Source: Syntrophorhabdaceae bacterium
GTDB lineage: Bacteria > Desulfobacterota > Syntrophorhabdia > Syntrophorhabdales > Syntrophorhabdaceae
Assembly: GCA_963666485.2 (NCBI GenBank)
Contig: CAXXUO010000010.1
Coordinates: 67,155-131,154 of the forward strand
DNA length: 64,000 bases
Reading direction: 5' to 3'
Shown: positions 57,755-64,000 of the stretch, piece by piece
How positions within the stretch are numbered: the stretch's first letter is position 1
Layout of the letters: each line of letters starts with the position of its first letter
Translations under genes and position numbers: made by a program
The notes under the pieces: model-generated
Databases searched by the model: none
Seen by the model: only the letters and a program-made list of their open reading frames with translations
Told to the model about the DNA's origin: nothing

Positions 57755-59233
57755 ATGCTCTCGGGTACGAAGACACTCGTTGTCGACGATAATCCAGACG
57801 TCATAGCGATCCTTTCCGATTTCCTGGAATTCAACGGTTGTGAGGTCCATAAGGCCGTCTGCGGCAAAGATGCCCTCGACATCCTGGGCAAGAAGGATGT
57901 CGACGTCATCATCCTCGATGTACAGCTTCCCGATATCAACGGGATAACACTGATCGACACGATAAAGGTAAACAGACCGACCACTGCCGTCGTCATGGCG
58001 ACCGGGTATTACGACCCGAGCTTTGTTATCGATGCAATGAAAAAAGGTGCATCCGATTTTCTCCTCAAGCCATTCGAATTCGATAAACTGCTTCTCGTTA
58101 TGATGCGCGTCATCCGTGAGAGAAACCTGCTTATCGAAAAAGAAAGCATGATGCAGAACCTCGAGGACAAAAAGAAAATAGAGCACCTCAACAGGGCGTT
58201 GCAGAAAAAGATCAAAGAACTGACAACGATGTACCATATATCGAACAAGTTCAATTCGATAAATATCTTTGAAGACGTGTACGAAAAGATGATCCAGATC
58301 GTGGGAGAAACGCTCGATGTCCGTTCGTGCGGATATTACGTCGCCGACCCCGAGGCCGACCAACTTGTCCTGTATACCGGGCATACGAAGGACGGGCGCG
58401 AGCCTGGCGCCGATTGGAACAAGATAACCCTTCCCGAGGAATTTAAAAAAGACTATCACGGGCCCCGGAAGCATCTCGTCAGGGACAACAAGGTATACCT
58501 TCCCCTCGTCATCCAGGGCGAACCGATCGGGTTCATTATGACGGAATCGAAGTTGAATGGGAGCGCCACACCGAAGACACTCGAAAATGACATATTCGTT
58601 CTCCGCCTGATCGCCGAGAAGGCATCAACGCAGATCGAGAACAGGATGCTCTACGAGAGCCTTTTCGAGAGCATCCTGCATACGCTGCGCTCACTCATCA
58701 TCGCCATCAACAGGCGTGATTTCTATACAGACGGGCACTGCAAGAGGGTGACGAACCTGAGCCTTCTGCTCGGGGAGCGGCTCAGGATAAGTGAGTATGA
58801 AAAGGACGTGATACGCGTCGTGGGGCCTGTCCATGACCTGGGAAAGATAGGCATCCCGGACAATATCCTGCTCAAGCCGGATAAACTGTCGGACGATGAA
58901 TACGTGGTCATGAAAAGCCATTCGGAATATGGCGAAGAGATAATGAGCCGGTTCGAGATACTTGCCAAGGAGGCGAGGATCATACGCCACCACCACGAAC
59001 GGTATGACGGGCGCGGCTACCCTGACCGCCTGGCCGGCGAGGATATACCCGTGTGCTCACGCATAATCGCGGTCTGCGACGCGTACGACGCCATGGTAAC
59101 GGACCGGCCTTACCGCAAGGGGATGGCGGGGGGAGCGATCCTCACGGAGATGAACCGGTGTGCCGGCAGCCAGTTCGATCCGTCAATAATACCGGTCTTT
59201 GACGAAATAATACGGGACGGATATGAGTGCTGA
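57755..59233 (+). CDS. REC-GAF-like-HD-GYP c-di-GMP phosphodiesterase
   Basis: REC; YTDGHCKRV, HDLGKIGIP, HHERYDGRGYP, DAYDAM..DRPYR. Confidence 0.93.
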   Translation: MLSGTKTLVVDDNPDVIAILSDFLEFNGCEVHKAVCGKDALDILGKKDVDVIILDVQLPDINGITLIDTIKVNRPTTAVVMATGYYDPSFVIDAMKKGASDFLLKPFEFDKLLLVMMRVIRERNLLIEKESMMQNLEDKKKIEHLNRALQKKIKELTTMYHISNKFNSINIFEDVYEKMIQIVGETLDVRSCGYYVADPEADQLVLYTGHTKDGREPGADWNKITLPEEFKKDYHGPRKHLVRDNKVYLPLVIQGEPIGFIMTESKLNGSATPKTLENDIFVLRLIAEKASTQIENRMLYESLFESILHTLRSLIIAINRRDFYTDGHCKRVTNLSLLLGERLRISEYEKDVIRVVGPVHDLGKIGIPDNILLKPDKLSDDEYVVMKSHSEYGEEIMSRFEILAKEARIIRHHHERYDGRGYPDRLAGEDIPVCSRIIAVCDAYDAMVTDRPYRKGMAGGAILTEMNRCAGSQFDPSIIPVFDEIIRDGYEC

Positions 59234-59801
59234 CGATGAAAGACGTGAGTTTTTCAGGATCCGCGACCGGATCCCCGTGGAATACCGCAGCATCAGCCGC
59301 GAAGAGTTCATAAAGCTTCAAGATGCCATCCGTTATAATCCGACGCAGGTTGTGGACCGCCTGCACGAGTTGTATTTTATGGATGCCCGGAGAGAGGCCC
59401 CCGACGGGCAGGACGAGCTTTTCAGCTACATGCAGCTCATTAACCGGAAGCTGGACATGATCATCGAGTTGCTCGGCAAATCCCAGGGCCCTGAAAACTA
59501 CGTCAGCGTCCAGACCGATGTGATCATAAGCGGGTCGGGTATACAGTTCACGACCGCCGCGGCGCTTATCGAAGGCGAGTTCGCCGAGCTCAAGATCATT
59601 GTTCCGGTATTTCCGTACCCCAAGATAACATGTTTGAGCCAGGTCGTACATGTTGAAAAAGAAGCAGGCAGCGGCGGGCCCGGGCAAAAGACCGCGTTCA
59701 AATTCATGGTCATCAATGAAAAGGACCAGGACATCCTGATCAATTATATCTTTCTGAAAGAACGGCAGTACCTGCGTCAGAAAAAAGAAACGGCGAGTTG
59801 A
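59223..59801 (+). CDS. PilZ domain protein
   Basis: ERREFFR RxxxR and ISGSGI motif; LINYIF. Confidence 0.85.
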   Translation: MSADDERREFFRIRDRIPVEYRSISREEFIKLQDAIRYNPTQVVDRLHELYFMDARREAPDGQDELFSYMQLINRKLDMIIELLGKSQGPENYVSVQTDVIISGSGIQFTTAAALIEGEFAELKIIVPVFPYPKITCLSQVVHVEKEAGSGGPGQKTAFKFMVINEKDQDILINYIFLKERQYLRQKKETAS

Positions 59802-59807
59802 TGAGCT

Positions 59808-60575
59808 ATGGATATTGCCACAATACTTGGCCTGGTGATCGGAATCGGTTCCGTCCTTCTTTCGTTCCTCATGGAAGGCGGGCACCTCTCCGCGCTCATA
59901 CAGGTGCCGGCGATGATACTCGTTATTTTCGGGACATTCGGCGCAGCGACCGTAACCACTTCGATCAAACAACTCATCAACCTTCCTAACCTGGTGCGTG
60001 TTGCTTTTTTCGAGAAGCAGATGGATTCGCCCCACCTTATCGACCTCCTGTTCGACCTGTCGCAGAAGGCGCGCAAGAACGGGCTTTTAAGCCTCGAAAA
60101 GGACCTCGAATCCATCCACGAACCTTTCCTGCGCAAGGCCGTCCAGCTTGCCATCGACGGGTTCGAGACGAACAAGATCCGGGAGATACTCGAGATCGAA
60201 ATGGCCTATATCGAAGAGCGCCACAAGGCGGGTGCGAATTTCTTCATGAAGCTCGGCGGGTTCTCCCCGACGCTCGGCATCATGGGCACCGTACTCGGGC
60301 TTATCCACGCGCTGGGAAACATGGAGAGCAGTTCGAACATGGCCTCCGCAATCGCAAGCGCGTTCATTGCCACCCTCTGGGGCGTTGCCCTGGCGAACCT
60401 TATCTATCTTCCGATATCGGACAAGCTCAAGCAGAAACACCAGGATGAGGCGCTTTACCTCGAGATCATAACCGAGGGCGCCATATCGCTTGCCATGGGC
60501 GATAACCCGAGGGTCATCCGCACGAAACTGGTTTCATTCCTGCTGCCCGACAAACGGACGGAGTTGGCTAAATGA
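59808..60575 (+). CDS. motA: flagellar stator MotA
   Basis: MDIATILG, ARKNGLLSLE, SPTLGIMGTVLGLI, AFIATLWG. Confidence 0.95.
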   Translation: MDIATILGLVIGIGSVLLSFLMEGGHLSALIQVPAMILVIFGTFGAATVTTSIKQLINLPNLVRVAFFEKQMDSPHLIDLLFDLSQKARKNGLLSLEKDLESIHEPFLRKAVQLAIDGFETNKIREILEIEMAYIEERHKAGANFFMKLGGFSPTLGIMGTVLGLIHALGNMESSSNMASAIASAFIATLWGVALANLIYLPISDKLKQKHQDEALYLEIITEGAISLAMGDNPRVIRTKLVSFLLPDKRTELAK

Positions 60576-61299
60576 GGCGCAAAAGGAAACCGGAGGAACA
60601 TGACAACCTCGAGCGCTGGCTCATTACATACGCCGACCTTATTACCCTGCTGCTCGCTTTCTTTATCATGATGTACACGTTTTCAAAGCAGGATACCCAG
60701 AAATACCGCGAGGTGACCGGCCACCTCAAGACGATCTTCACCGGCGGGTCACCCGTCGGTTCGCACGGGAGCACACCGGCGTCTGTCCCTTTCGACGTCT
60801 CCCTCGCGGCGCCCGGCTCGACCGGGGAAGTGAAGAAGAGGCTGGAGCAGGAGATCAACAAGGTTGAAACGAACGGGGACCAGATCCAGAAGAAGATATC
60901 CGTTATCAGTGACGAGCGCGGCATCGTGATCCGGATACTTGACGAGGCCTTTTTCGATCCCGGCAAAGCGGACCTCAAGCCGGGTGGCAAAAAAGACGCT
61001 CGATCACATCGCGCCGGTCATCAGTACGGTCAGTAATCCCGTCCGGGTGGAGGGCCATACCGACAATATCCCGATCGCCACGACCGAGTTCCGTTCAAAC
61101 TGGGAGCTCTCAGTCAGGCGCGCGACCGAGGTGATACGGTACCTTATAGAGAAACACGACCTGTCGCCGCAGAGGATCTCCGCTGTCGGATACGCGGAAT
61201 ATCATCCCGTTGCACAGAACAACACACCACGAGAACCGCTCACGGAACCGGAGGATCGAAATAATCGTGTCTAAATCGTTGCCAGAAGAAAGGCGATAG
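60572..61299 (+). CDS. motB: flagellar stator MotB, two apparent frameshifts (~60982-60994 and ~61230)
   Basis: WLITYADLITLL, EGHTDN, SNWELS..RA, NRRIEI spread over three frames. Confidence 0.9.
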
Positions 61300-61383
61300 G
61301 CAATAGGCGATAGGCGATGGGAAAGACAGACACCACCCGCTGTTAACCTTCCCCTATCGCCCATAGCCCATTGCCTATCGCCT
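61291..61383. repeat. inverted heptamer-repeat element (TAGGCGA family)
   Basis: AGGCGAT/AGGCAAT run 61291-61321; inverse run 61351-61383. Confidence 0.85.
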
Positions 61384-61544
61384 GCCTTTTTATTAGCTAA
61401 ACCACATATAAATCCCGCCTTTTTTATATTTTTCAAAAATAAAAAAAATTTCTTGCATATTTTGTAGATAGGGGAGTATAAACTATTTAGACGGTGGTCG
61501 GGTTGTAAACCCGCGATAAACAATAATCTAAAGGAGGGGTATGT

Positions 61545-61814
61545 ATGACTAAGGCGGAATTGATCAGCAAGATGGCAGCAGGCTCCAAGATATCCAAAGC
61601 CGCTGCAGGCAAGGCCTTGGAAGCTTTTCTTGATGGCGTGAAGGCAGCCCTCAAGAAAGATGAGCGCGTAACACTCGTTGGCTTTGGCACGTTTTCAGTC
61701 TCAAAGAGGAAAGCCCGCAAGGGACGCAACCCCAGGACAGGCAAAGAGATCAAGATCCCTTCACGGAAAGTTCCGAAATTCACCGCTGGAAAAGCACTCA
61801 AGGACGCCATCTGA
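61545..61814 (+). CDS. hup: DNA-binding protein HU
   Basis: [29 protein letters not shown]. Confidence 0.96.
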   Translation: MTKAELISKMAAGSKISKAAAGKALEAFLDGVKAALKKDERVTLVGFGTFSVSKRKARKGRNPRTGKEIKIPSRKVPKFTAGKALKDAI

Positions 61815-61839
61815 TCTAAATTTCGAGTTAATTTGATAT

Positions 61840-61869
61840 AAAAGCGCCCCCTCTCCTGGGGGCGCTTTT
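61840..61869. terminator. bidirectional intrinsic terminator
   Basis: AAAAGCGCCCC-loop-GGGGCGCTTTT. Confidence 0.8.
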
Positions 61870-61926
61870 ATATTTCCCAAAATCCGTCATTCGGGCAAAA
61901 GAAGACAATATCATGATTCCCCGCAT

Positions 61927-62081
61927 CGTCATTCCGCCGGCTTTTGCGGCGGAATCCAGCGTCTTTAATGTTTTTATGACTCTTAGCAAGTTTGTGATCT
62001 AGAATTTATTGATCCTTTTTTGTTGATATTATGGAAGAAAGAAAAGGCAAAGACACTGGATTCCGGCAAGCCGGAATGACG
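61927..62081. repeat. inverted pair of REP-like palindromes around an AT-rich spacer
   Basis: CGTCATTCCG...CGGAATCCAGCGTCTTT and AAAGACACTGGATTCCG...CGGAATGACG. Confidence 0.75.
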
Positions 62082-62165
62082 GTGAATGGTCTATTTCGAC
62101 CTTTTACCTACAATTTCTTTCCGAAATCATTGTATTCAGAATACGGAATACAGAATACCTCTGGG

Positions 62166-63065
<900 letters not shown>

Positions 63066-64000
63066 CCTCCTCGAATTGGAAGAGCTTCTTCAATGCGTCG
63101 AGCACGGCCGGGGTCCTGGTTATCTTTCAAAAGTGCCAGGTACGGGTGGACGAGCTTATTCATGATCGAGCGCGTCATTGCGTCCATAGCAGCGGCGGTC
63201 TCGGGGTCCTTGTCCGCCAACTTCGCCCATTGTCCGTTTCATCTCGCGGGCCCTGATCATGTCGGCGGTCGCCATGATGTGGCTGATAAGCGGGTTTACA
63301 TCGACCTTTTCGAGCCACTCCGAGAATCTGGCCGCCTCGTCCTCTATGATGACCTGGGCCTTTTCAGATTCTTTGACCCGGTTTGACAGGTGTTTCTGCG
63401 AGAGCTCCTTGAGATCGTCTATATCGTAGAGGTACACATTGTCCATGTTGTTGACGGCCGGATCGACATCCCGGGGAACGGCTATGTCGATGAAAAATAT
63501 CGGCCTGTTCTTGCGTTTTTTCATGGCCGCGTGGACCATGTCGAGCGTGACGAGGGGATGAATCGGACCCCGGTGGATGTCAATACGACATCGACCGCCG
63601 TCAGGAGCTCGAACAATGACTCAAAAGGGCGCGCCTCGCCGATTATCTCGTCCGCCAGCTTATGGGCCTTCTGGTATGTCCTGTTCGTGACGAATATAAT
63701 CCGAAAGTCCCTCCCTTTTGAAAATACTTGAGGGCGGTCTCGCACATCTCGCCTGCTCCGACGACGAGTATCTTCTTCTCGTCGAGGTTGCCGAAGATCC
63801 GCTTGGCGAGCTCGACCGCCATCGAGCTGATGGAGAGCGGGTTGTACCCTATTTTGTTTCTGTCCGTATCCGCTTGGCAACGTTGAATGTCTTGTGAAAG
63901 GTCTTATTGAGGAAAAACCCGGTCGCACGGGAAGACGCCGCGATACGAAAGGCTTCCTTGACCTGCCCGAATATCTCGGGTTCCCCTATCACCATCGAAT

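Overview
A 64-kb chromosomal window from a moderately GC-rich anaerobic bacterium. Gene content and sigma54/sigma28 usage suggest Desulfobacterota/deltaproteobacteria, which is an inference. 1-9 kb: end of a sigma54 activator gene, then several sigma54 promoters sharing an upstream motif, driving a Zn-ribbon protein, an APH-like kinase + APS-kinase-like + DegP operon, and an LDH/MDH-family enzyme; also USP and TerC. 9-31 kb: OmpA, tRNA-Lys(CTT), a UGA-interrupted (selenocysteine) BCP peroxiredoxin, an MshEN-cNMP-CBS-DUF294 fusion, two HisKA_2 kinases, an AAA+/VWA pair and housekeeping genes. 31.5-61.3 kb: flagellar cluster with flgFGAHIJMNKL, an inserted fdhD, an alphaproteobacterial-type flagellin with flbT/flaF despite FlgM/sigma28 control, a ~3650-aa multi-glycosyltransferase/methyltransferase/TPR protein, fliD/fliT-like genes, REC/HD-GYP/PilZ and motAB. 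The window ends with HU and hemC/hemA. Intergenic DNA holds REP-like palindromes and several inverted heptamer-tandem-repeat elements. Frameshifts in flgK, motB, hemC and hemA are probably sequencing errors. No CRISPR, rRNA, transposase or integrase was seen. All family assignments come from motif recognition, not database searches.
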